A DNA stretch of 10,674 nt from a bacterium (GCA_020349685.1 CP070698.1:1585077-1595750), one strand, 5' to 3'. Shown: positions 1 to 6,730, numbered from the stretch's first letter. Numbers and translations are program-made. The notes: generated by a model not told the origin, from the letters alone.

Positions 1-1026
1 GATCTGTTCCTGGATGCTTTCGGCTCTGGCGGTGAGGGTCTCGATGCGGGCCCGCAGGATCTCCTTCTGAGCGTCGTCCTTCGTTTCGGCCAGCTCTTTT
101 TCAAGGGCTTTTATTCTGGCCCTGGTGTCCGACTCCTGGTCCAGACGTTCTTCTATATTCTCCGCGATGTCGGCCCTGTCGAAGGCGATCTTCTCCAGTT
201 TTGCCGTCTGAGGCGGTTCAGGAGTCACCTGGACCTCGCCGGGGATAAAGATCCTGTCCTGAACCTGGCGTGTGTTCATGAAGGTGGGCGAGACGATCTC
301 CACTCCCCCGTGGTGCAGATGGTCGATGACGGCGGTCTTCAGACTGGATTGGGAGGTCAGGAGTTTGTCCGTGTCCTTGAGCAGGCCACGGACGCAATAG
401 GTCACGGAGAAATCCCCTAATTCCATGATGAGTACGAAGGGGTCCTCGAGACCGATGGAACCCGCTGCCTTGAGCAGGCATTCCTGGATAATCTGGCGGG
501 CCACGTCGTACCCCAGGGAGACCTCCGCCGATATGATGGTCCCTTTAGACCTTATGACCTTGACCGGGTTGGTGGCGATGAAAAGGTTGGGGATGTTGAC
601 GAGATCGCGATTCTGGGTCTGGATCTCCACGTGGAAGAGGCCTCTTCCCGAGACCCGCCCGAAATACTCCTTAACCTCGATAAAATCGCCCCCCCGGAAG
701 CTCTTCTGGGACCTCAGAAGTATACCCGCAAGGGCGTTACCCAGAAAGGTTGTGGAACTCAGGGCGATGGTGGCGCTGAGGATGATACCCAGAAGGGCGA
801 GGATCTGTCCGCGGAGACTTTCGCTGATGGGCAGTGAAATGACGAGTGCGATGGCGCTTGCGAAAGTCAGGAGAGTCATGATGACCTGCCTGGCGACCTG
901 GTGACCCCGCGGGGATTTCATCCTCACGGCCATGATGTGGTTGACCAGGATGAGTGCGCCGACGATCAGGATGAGCGCTGCGCCAAACCCTGCGACAGGT
1001 TTCCATTGAGGCCAGATATTTGCCAT
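1..1026 (-). CDS. mscS: Small-conductance mechanosensitive channel (MscS family), 3' end runs off the window
   Basis: Translated by hand, since it is not in the ORF track (no stop in window). ATG at 1026-1024 has a GGAGGGG SD. Open for 342 codons: MANIWPQWKPVAGFGAALILIVGALILVNH...LLGIILSATIALSSTTFLGNALAGILLRSQKSFRGGDFIEVKEYFGRVSGRGLFHVEIQTQNRDLVNIPN...SLGYD...LGDFSVTY...GVEIVSP. Three N-terminal TM segments, the MscS 'N..AG......F..GD.I.V....G.V' and 'IPN' motifs, and a charged coiled-coil-like tail. Confidence 0.88.
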   Translation of the reverse strand, partial: MANIWPQWKPVAGFGAALILIVGALILVNHIMAVRMKSPRGHQVARQVIMTLLTFASAIALVISLPISESLRGQILALLGIILSATIALSSTTFLGNALAGILLRSQKSFRGGDFIEVKEYFGRVSGRGLFHVEIQTQNRDLVNIPNLFIATNPVKVIRSKGTIISAEVSLGYDVARQIIQECLLKAAGSIGLEDPFVLIMELGDFSVTYCVRGLLKDTDKLLTSQSSLKTAVIDHLHHGGVEIVSPTFMNTRQVQDRIFIPGEVQVTPEPPQTAKLEKIAFDRADIAENIEERLDQESDTRARIKALEKELAETKDDAQKEILRARIETLTARAESIQEQI

Positions 1027-1204
1027 TTCCCCTCCGGTGCGCTTCGGTATCTTTATGACCGACTGCCGAAACTATAATCACTATACCACGGCTTTGCCCG
1101 CAATGATCATAATACAGGATCGGGCGGCTTTTCCGGGAGGGCGAAATCCCCGATCCATACCCTCCCGACCTCGCTCCCGGGCGCAGGGCAGCAGGGTTTT
1201 AACG

Positions 1205-1234
1205 TTGACGCGGTTTACGCCGCTATGGTAAGCA
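1205..1234 (+). promoter_or_regulatory. Possible sigma70-type promoter for the leader/operon
   Basis: TTGACG at 1205-1210, 18-nt spacer, then TAAGCA (1229-1234) preceded by an extended -10 TG at 1226-1227. Lies about 45 nt before the leader ATG. The -10 match is weak. Confidence 0.4.
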
Positions 1235-1262
1235 GGAACCTGAAGTCTGAAATCTGGAATCT
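1235..1262. repeat. Degenerate heptamer tandem repeat (4 units)
   Basis: GGAACCT GAAGTCT GAAATCT GGAATCT. Confidence 0.7.
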
Positions 1263-1277
1263 GGAAAAAGAACTGTA

Positions 1278-1373
1278 ATGACCCTTTTCGCTTCTTTCGA
1301 CACGTTTATTCTTACCAACTGGTCCTGGTGGCCCAGCGATAGAACACCGTGCGAGCCGGGAGGCCAGGGATAG
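1278..1373 (+). CDS. Trp-rich attenuator leader peptide (TrpL-like), 31 aa
   Basis: ATG 1278, TAG 1371-1373; MTLFASFDTFILTNWSWWPSDRTPCEPGGQG. TGG-TCC-TGG-TGG at 1320-1331. Purine-rich GGAAAAAG lies 7 nt upstream (weak SD). Stop codon is about 27 nt before an intrinsic terminator. Confidence 0.8.
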   Translation: MTLFASFDTFILTNWSWWPSDRTPCEPGGQG

Positions 1374-1429
1374 CGTATACCGTAGAACCTTAAGTAAACA
1401 GGCCCCGCCCACCGGCGGGGCTTTTTTTT
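1320..1429 (+). promoter_or_regulatory. Ribosome-dependent transcription attenuator (Trp-sensing)
   Basis: 1:2 hairpin: UCCUGGU 1323-1329 with GCCAGGG 1363-1369, plus CCC 1332-1334 with GGG 1358-1360. 2:3 antiterminator: GG-A-GGCC 1359-1365 with GGCCCC 1401-1406. 3:4 terminator: 1402-1409 with 1414-1421, then U8. Segments 2 and 3 each take part in two mutually exclusive helices. Confidence 0.75.
1400..1429 (+). terminator. Rho-independent terminator (attenuator 3:4 hairpin)
   Basis: GCCCCGCC-CACC-GGCGGGGC (8 GC pairs, 4-nt loop) followed by T8 (1422-1429). The only upstream + strand ORF I can support is the leader peptide. Confidence 0.9.
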
Positions 1430-1469
1430 AAAACAGATCAAGACAGGAGGAGGTGAGAAGAGAGGAGAG

Positions 1470-1504
1470 AGGGAAAAGGGTAAAGGGAAAAGGGAAAAGG
1501 GAAA
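1470..1504. repeat. Heptamer tandem repeat (AGGGAAA)x5
   Basis: AGGGAAA AGGGTAA AGGGAAA AGGGAAA AGGGAAA. Confidence 0.85.
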
Positions 1505-1506
1505 GG

Positions 1507-1663
1507 TTGATGCCTTTCCAAAAATCATCAACGCGCCCCGGTGGGGGCGCCCGGATCAACGACAGACATTATCTGGTCTTTGATCCGTGAGGAAAGGGAA
1601 AATGACACTTTTCCCTTTCCGTGGAGCGAAAAGTCCCACCCGGACTTTTTGCGACCCTATCAA
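1507..1663. repeat. MITE/REP-like palindromic element, about 157 bp
   Basis: Imperfect terminal inverted repeats: TTGATGCCTTTCCAAAAATC (1507-1526) versus the reverse complement of the right end (1643-1663), TTGATAGGGTCGCAAAAAGTC. Internal hairpins at 1533-1550, 1591-1620 (perfect 12 bp) and 1626-1652. Confidence 0.45.
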
Positions 1664-1765
1664 GGGACGGCTAGTACCGAAAGAAAGGCAAGAAACCCGA
1701 TTGTTTTATTGTCTGAGACTTGATAATCAATTCTAACGTCAAAGAGGGTGGGAAAGGAGATGGAA

Positions 1766-2917
1766 ATGAAGAGGAAGGGGAAAATGAAAGTAGTTGCGCT
1801 GGTTGCTGCCGCCGGTTTCCTGCTGCTGGGTCAGGGGATGGCCCATGCCGCCGACACCTTCAAGATCGGGGCCGCCTTCGCCCTCACGGGGCCGGCTGCC
1901 GTCATCGGGGACCCCTCTGCGAAGATCGCCGAGATGCTCCTCGAGGAGATCAACGCCGCCGGCGGCGTCAACGGGAAGAAGATCGAGATGATCACCTACG
2001 ACACCGAATCGGACCCCACCAAGGCGGTCACCGTGATCAAAAGGCTCATCGATAAGGACCAGGTCCTGGCCATCATCGGCCCGACCACCACCGGTTCGGC
2101 CATGGCGTCCCTCAAGTTCGTCCAGGACAGCGAGGTTCCCATGGTGGCGTGCGTGGGCGGTGCGCCGGTGGTGGTTCCCGTGAAGAAGTGGGTTTTCAAG
2201 ACACCGCAGTCCGACACCCTGGCGGTGGAGCGGCTCTACGACTACTTCGTCGAGAAGGGCATCAAGAGGGTGGCCATCCTGACCTCCGCCGGAGGTTTCG
2301 GGGACAGCGGCCGCAGGGGCCTGACGGAACAGGCGGGACCCCTGGCGATCCAGATCGTGGCCGACGAGCGGTACGGGGACCGGGACACGGACATGTCGGC
2401 CCAGCTCACCACCATCAAGGGAAAGGACGCCCAGGCCGTCGTGGTCTGGGGCATCGGGCCTGCGCCGGCCATCATCACCAAGAACGCCAGGCAGCTCGAC
2501 CTCGGGATCCCCATCTTCATGAGCCACGGCGTGGCAGACCCCAAGTTCATCGAACTGGCTGAGGAGGCGGCCGAAGGAGTCATGATGCCTGCCAGCCGCT
2601 TCATCGTCGCGGACAAGCTGGACGACTCCGATTCCCGGAAGGCGTTCCTGATGGACGTGAAAAAGAGGTACGAGGAGAAGTACGGGCCGGTGAGCACCCA
2701 CACCGGGTACGCTTACGATGCCCTCAGGATCATCGAAAGAGCTCTTACCGTCGCCGGCGCTGACAGGGCGAAGATCCGCGACGCTATCGAGAACACCAAA
2801 GGCTACGTGGGGATCAACGGCACCTTCAACATGTCCCCGGAGGATCACAACGGCCTGACCAAGGACTCACTGGTCATGGTGGGTGTCAAGGACGGAGGCT
2901 GGGTGATTGTCCCCTGA
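1766..2917 (+). CDS. ABC transporter substrate-binding protein, LivJ/LivK (HAAT) family; probably binds an aromatic acid
   Basis: Signal peptide MKRKGKMKVVALVAAAGFLLLGQGMAHA|A; motifs KIGA..ALTGPAA..G, INAAGGVNGKKIE..YDT.SDP, IIGP, YAYDA, GINGTFNMSPEDHNGL. ATG 1766 chosen for the AAGGAG SD 6 nt upstream; 1748, 1760 and 1784 are alternative starts. Confidence 0.92.
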   Translation: MKRKGKMKVVALVAAAGFLLLGQGMAHAADTFKIGAAFALTGPAAVIGDPSAKIAEMLLEEINAAGGVNGKKIEMITYDTESDPTKAVTVIKRLIDKDQVLAIIGPTTTGSAMASLKFVQDSEVPMVACVGGAPVVVPVKKWVFKTPQSDTLAVERLYDYFVEKGIKRVAILTSAGGFGDSGRRGLTEQAGPLAIQIVADERYGDRDTDMSAQLTTIKGKDAQAVVVWGIGPAPAIITKNARQLDLGIPIFMSHGVADPKFIELAEEAAEGVMMPASRFIVADKLDDSDSRKAFLMDVKKRYEEKYGPVSTHTGYAYDALRIIERALTVAGADRAKIRDAIENTKGYVGINGTFNMSPEDHNGLTKDSLVMVGVKDGGWVIVP

Positions 2918-4850
2918 CCTTCCTCCGGATAATCCCAAAAGGAGCCCGGGAGGAGGCCATCGCCTCCTCCTGGGCAACGAAGCCATGGCCCAGGGACTTT
3001 ACGAGGCCGGCTGCCGGGTGGCGGCGGCCTACCCCGGGACCCCTTCCACCGAGATCCTCGAGAGTCTGTCGACCTACCAGGCCGGGAACCTTCACCTGGA
3101 GTGGTCGGTCAACGAGAAGATCGCCGTAGAGGTGGCGGCCGCCGCTTCCTGCGCGGGCCTTCGAAGCGCGGCGGTCATGAAGCAGGTGGGGCTCAACGTG
3201 GCCCTCGACCCGCTCATGAGCCTCGCCTACACGGGAGTTGTTGGAGGGATGGTCATCATCGTGGCCGACGACCCGGGCCCCCACAGTTCCCAGACCGAAC
3301 AGGACACGCGCCTCCTGGCCATGGCGGCCGGTGTTCCGGTGCTCGACCCGGTCACGCCCGAGGAGGCCAGGGAAATGGTCCACCAGGCCTACCTCATCTC
3401 TGAAAGATACCAGACCCCTGTGATCCTCCGGCCGGTGCTGAGGATCTGCCACTCGCGGGGCCCGGTTGGGCCGGTCTCGGACAGGTACGAGGGTCCCGGG
3501 CCTGCTTTCGTCAAGGACACCAACCGGTGGGCCGCCACGCCCAGGCACCGCCTCACCCTTCACGGCGAGCTGAATCGCAAGCTGGAAAAGATGCCTTCCG
3601 ATCCCCTGGTCTCGGGGATGAACGGCCTCTGGCGCCCGTCCAAGGGCCAAGGGGAGGCGGCCATCCTGGCCTCGGGAACTTCGGCGGCCTACGCCATGGA
3701 TCTCATTGCGGAGAGGGGAATGGACGAGGAAATGCCCCTGTTCGTGGTCCGTTGTCCCTGGCCCCTGGGCGAGGAAGGGGTCGTCGAAACCCTCGGTGGC
3801 TTCAAGAGGATCCTCGTCCTCGAGGAGACAGGACCTTTCCTGGAGATACTGCTGCGGCACCGGCTGAATGTGTCCGGCCGCACCGACGGTCTCGTTCCTT
3901 CCGAAGGGGAGGTGACGCCGGATGTTGTTTCGGAAGCGATGGACGCGTTCTTTGGAATCTCAAATCTCAGATCTCAAATCTCAAAGTCCGGTGAGGGTGA
4001 GCGGGAGAGGCTTCTCTCTGATCCGGGATCCGGGATCGGAAATCCTTTATCCGAGGAGCCAGGAGCCGCTGCCGGCGCCAAACCCAGTCCGCCGACCCTG
4101 TGCGCCGGGTGCCCGCACCGGTCATCCTTCTGGGCTCTCAAGAAGACCATGCCCGGAGCGATCTACACCGGGGACATCGGGTGCTACACCCTGGGCATCG
4201 AACTGGGGGCGGTGGACACGGTCCTGTGCATGGGGGCCTCCATCTCCCAGGCCGCCGGGTTCTACTGGGCTTACCGTCAGTCCGAGGGCCCTGCCCAGCC
4301 CATCGCCGGCGTCATCGGCGATTCCACCTTCTACCACGCCGGGGTTCCAGCGCTCATCAACGCGGTCCAGCAGGGGGCGGCGTTCGTCCTCGTGATCGTG
4401 GACAACGGCACCACCGCCATGACCGGCTGCCAGCCCACCCCGGGGACCGGCGAGCTTCTTTCCGGCAAGGAAGGAAGGGACGTCCCCCTGGAGGAGGTGG
4501 TGAGGGGGTGCGGCGTAAAGAAGCTCTGGATCGTTGATGCCCTGGATTTCGATGCTTTGAGCAACTCCATCTCCACAGCGGCGGCAGCTGCTGCGGAGGG
4601 GGAGATGGCGGTGGTGATCAGCCGTTCCCCCTGCGTCCTGAACATCACCGAGCGGCAGGGGGCCGTTCCCGCAGTGGACCTTGAAATATGCACCGCCTGC
4701 GGTGTTTGCACGGACCGTTTCGGCTGCCCGGCCCTCGTCATGGAGGAAGACGGCGTCCATATCATCGCCGACCTCTGCCCGGGGTGCGGCATCTGCATCG
4801 AAGTTTGTCCCACCGGGGCCATCGCTGCCCCGGGAGGTAGAAAAGGATGA
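2907..4850 (+). CDS. iorA: Indolepyruvate:ferredoxin oxidoreductase alpha subunit
   Basis: LLGNEA, YPGTPSTE, WSVNEK, KQVGLNVA.D, DDPGPHSSQTEQD, LCAGCPHR, GDIGCY, TPP-binding GDSTFYHAG...DNGTTAMTG, and C-terminal ferredoxin motifs CTACGVC..CP and CPGCGICIEVCP. TTG start with GGAGG (2894-2898) 8 nt upstream, overlapping the SBP gene by 11 nt. Confidence 0.95.
   Translation: MSPDLPPDNPKRSPGGGHRLLLGNEAMAQGLYEAGCRVAAAYPGTPSTEILESLSTYQAGNLHLEWSVNEKIAVEVAAAASCAGLRSAAVMKQVGLNVALDPLMSLAYTGVVGGMVIIVADDPGPHSSQTEQDTRLLAMAAGVPVLDPVTPEEAREMVHQAYLISERYQTPVILRPVLRICHSRGPVGPVSDRYEGPGPAFVKDTNRWAATPRHRLTLHGELNRKLEKMPSDPLVSGMNGLWRPSKGQGEAAILASGTSAAYAMDLIAERGMDEEMPLFVVRCPWPLGEEGVVETLGGFKRILVLEETGPFLEILLRHRLNVSGRTDGLVPSEGEVTPDVVSEAMDAFFGISNLRSQISKSGEGERERLLSDPGSGIGNPLSEEPGAAAGAKPSPPTLCAGCPHRSSFWALKKTMPGAIYTGDIGCYTLGIELGAVDTVLCMGASISQAAGFYWAYRQSEGPAQPIAGVIGDSTFYHAGVPALINAVQQGAAFVLVIVDNGTTAMTGCQPTPGTGELLSGKEGRDVPLEEVVRGCGVKKLWIVDALDFDALSNSISTAAAAAAEGEMAVVISRSPCVLNITERQGAVPAVDLEICTACGVCTDRFGCPALVMEEDGVHIIADLCPGCGICIEVCPTGAIAAPGGRKG
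3954..4053. repeat. Two nnATCnn heptamer arrays inside iorA
   Basis: GGAATCT CAAATCT CAGATCT CAAATCT (CAAAGTC) at 3954-3988; TGATCCG GGATCCG GGATCGG AAATCCT TTATCCG at 4019-4053. Confidence 0.75.
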
Positions 4851-5395
4851 AAGCCGTTTCCTCCTACGATATCGTTCTGGCGGGGCGGGGCGGGCAGGGG
4901 GTGATCTACCTCTCGAGGATCATGGGTCAGGCCGCCCTCCTTCAGGGTCTTAGGATCAGGACCACCGAGACCCACGGGATGGCCATGCGGGGCGGCTCGG
5001 TCCAGTGCTTCGTCCGCGTCGGGGAGGTGCACGGACCTCTTTTCAGGAAAGGCTCCGCCGCTCTTGTCATGGCCCTTCATCCCGGCGAAACGTCCCTCGC
5101 CCTGCCTCACCTCCGGGAGGACGGGACGGTCCTCATTAGCGGCGGAGAAGGGGAAAAAACAGGGATCAGCCTGGCTGGCTCTCAAAAACTCCTTGCCCTC
5201 GACGCAGACGCCATCGCCGTGGAGCAGGGAAACCCCCGGTCGGCCAACCTGGCCCTGCTGGGGGGCGCCGTCGGGAGTGTGAAGGGTTTTCCCCTCGAGG
5301 CCTGGTCCATCGAGGCGGCCATCGCCGGAATGGGACCGGCAGGAACTGTGGAGAGGAACCTGGAGATCTTCCGCAAAGGTTTAAATAGTTTCTAG
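4847..5395 (+). CDS. iorB: Indolepyruvate:ferredoxin oxidoreductase beta subunit (POR gamma-like)
   Basis: IVLAGRGGQGV, ETHGMAMRGGSV...VR.G, GNPRSAN.ALLG, N..IF..G; ATGA overlap with the iorA stop. Confidence 0.93.
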   Translation: MKAVSSYDIVLAGRGGQGVIYLSRIMGQAALLQGLRIRTTETHGMAMRGGSVQCFVRVGEVHGPLFRKGSAALVMALHPGETSLALPHLREDGTVLISGGEGEKTGISLAGSQKLLALDADAIAVEQGNPRSANLALLGGAVGSVKGFPLEAWSIEAAIAGMGPAGTVERNLEIFRKGLNSF

Positions 5396-5430
5396 TTCTA
5401 GCTAGAACCAGACACCAGAACCAGACACTG
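5390..5430. repeat. Short CTAGAA/CCAGACA repeat cluster with palindromic centre
   Basis: TCTAGT TCTAG|CTAGAA CCAGACA CCAGAA CCAGACA CTG; same units as the 6756-6881 array; overlaps the iorB TAG. Confidence 0.75.
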
Positions 5431-5444
5431 AATTGGGAGTCCAC

Positions 5445-6713
5445 ATGTATCAACCCGAAATAGAGGCCATGGACCGGGAACAGCTTGTTTCCCAGCAGCT
5501 GGAAAGCCTGCGCCGGACTTTAGCCCGGATCCAGGAACGGAACCCTGATTATCACCGGAGGCTCGGGTCGGTTCAGCCGGGGGACGTGAGTTCCCTTGAG
5601 AACCTCGCCGGTCTGCCTTTCATGGACAAGGACGATCTGCGGGAAGCCTATCCTTTCAAGCTGACCTGCGCCCCCAAAGAGGATTTCGTCCGTTTTCACA
5701 TGAGCTCGGGGACCACGGGGACGCCTATTTTGAATCCCTATACGAAGGCGGACGTGGATCAATGGGGAGAGATCATGGCCAGGTGCTACGCCGCCGCGGG
5801 CGTGGGGGCGGAAGATGTGGTCCAGATCACCCCCTCCTTCGGTCTTTTCAACGGCGGCTTCGGGTTCCATTACGGAGCCACCCGCCTGGGCTCCTTCATC
5901 GTTCCCATCGGCGCCGGCAGAAGCACCCTGCAGCTCCAGTTCATCGAGGACCTGGGAACGACCTGCCTGACCGCCATCGCCTCCTACCCCCTGCGCCTCA
6001 TCGAGGTTGCCCGGGAGGAGGGGTTCGACTGGAGGTCGACCAACCTGAGGGTGGGGATCTTCGGCGCCGAGGTGTGGAGCGACGAGATGAGGGGCCGCAT
6101 CGAGGAGGAGATGGGGATCACCACCTACGACATCATCGGCATGACGGAGACCGGCGGCGTGGGGATGGGCATCGACTGTGAGGACCGGTCGGGCATCCAC
6201 GTGTGGGAGGACCATTACCTTGTGGAGATCGTGGACCCTGTTACAGGTAGGACCCTGCCCGACGGGGAGAGGGGAGAGATGGTGGTGAGCACCCTGACCC
6301 GCGAGGGGCTGCCCCTCATCCGTTTCCGGACCCGGGACATCACGTCCGTCCTGTCCCGGGACCGATGCGGCTGCGGCAGGACGCACCTGCGCATCGCCCG
6401 CATCACGGGACGCAACGACGACATGATCAAGGTCAAGGGGATCAACTTCTACCCGCAGCAGATCGAGTCGCTGCTTTTAAGGGAGCCCGGAGTGGGGAAC
6501 GACTATCTCCTTACCATCGACCGCGTCGCCGGGGCCGACCGGCTGGAGATAAAAGTGGAGGTGCAAAACCCCGGGGACGACACCCTGGCCGGACGGCTCG
6601 CCCGGATCTTGAGGGATTTCCTGGCGTTTAACGCCGATCTCGAGCTGGTGCCCCTGGGGAGCATCGAGAGGCCCCCGGGCAAGGCGGTCAGGGTGGTGGA
6701 CAGGAGGAAATAA
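5445..6713 (+). CDS. paaK: Phenylacetate-CoA ligase family (PaaK-like) arylacetate-CoA ligase
   Basis: LPFMDKDDLR..YPF, HMSSGTTGTP P-loop, GIFGAEVWS, DIIGMTE, HVWEDHY.VEIVDP, PLIRFRTRDI, GRNDDMIKVKGINFYP, GKAVRVVDRR. ATG 5445 has a GGGAG SD 5 nt upstream and is preferred over TTG 5433. Substrate is uncertain. Confidence 0.93.
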   Translation: MYQPEIEAMDREQLVSQQLESLRRTLARIQERNPDYHRRLGSVQPGDVSSLENLAGLPFMDKDDLREAYPFKLTCAPKEDFVRFHMSSGTTGTPILNPYTKADVDQWGEIMARCYAAAGVGAEDVVQITPSFGLFNGGFGFHYGATRLGSFIVPIGAGRSTLQLQFIEDLGTTCLTAIASYPLRLIEVAREEGFDWRSTNLRVGIFGAEVWSDEMRGRIEEEMGITTYDIIGMTETGGVGMGIDCEDRSGIHVWEDHYLVEIVDPVTGRTLPDGERGEMVVSTLTREGLPLIRFRTRDITSVLSRDRCGCGRTHLRIARITGRNDDMIKVKGINFYPQQIESLLLREPGVGNDYLLTIDRVAGADRLEIKVEVQNPGDDTLAGRLARILRDFLAFNADLELVPLGSIERPPGKAVRVVDRRK

Positions 6714-6730
6714 AGGAAAAGAAGGTTCTA

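Noticed and set aside
1071-1085. Perfect TATAAT (+, 1073-1078) and two TATAGT (-) hexamers as promoters
   Set aside because: No correctly spaced -35 found on either strand; may belong to the mscS promoter but cannot be assigned.
1235-1429. T-box riboswitch or TRAP-binding site as the Trp sensor
   Set aside because: No T-box consensus (AAnnnAGGTGGnACC-like) adjacent to the terminator and no run of regularly spaced (G/U)AG triplets before it. The TGGTGG at 1326-1331 is better explained as in-frame Trp codons. An Rfam search would settle it.
1037-1723. Small ORF-track ORFs in the intergenic region (1037-1231, 1215-1412, 1223-1531, 1541-1723)
   Set aside because: No convincing SD or motifs; they largely translate repeats and hairpins (e.g. 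FPFSLFPLPFS, FQISDFRF).
1720-1736. FNR or Fur box
   Set aside because: FNR needs TTGAT-N4-ATCAA (here N1), and only one Fur 7-mer half-site matches well. Kept only as an unassigned palindrome.
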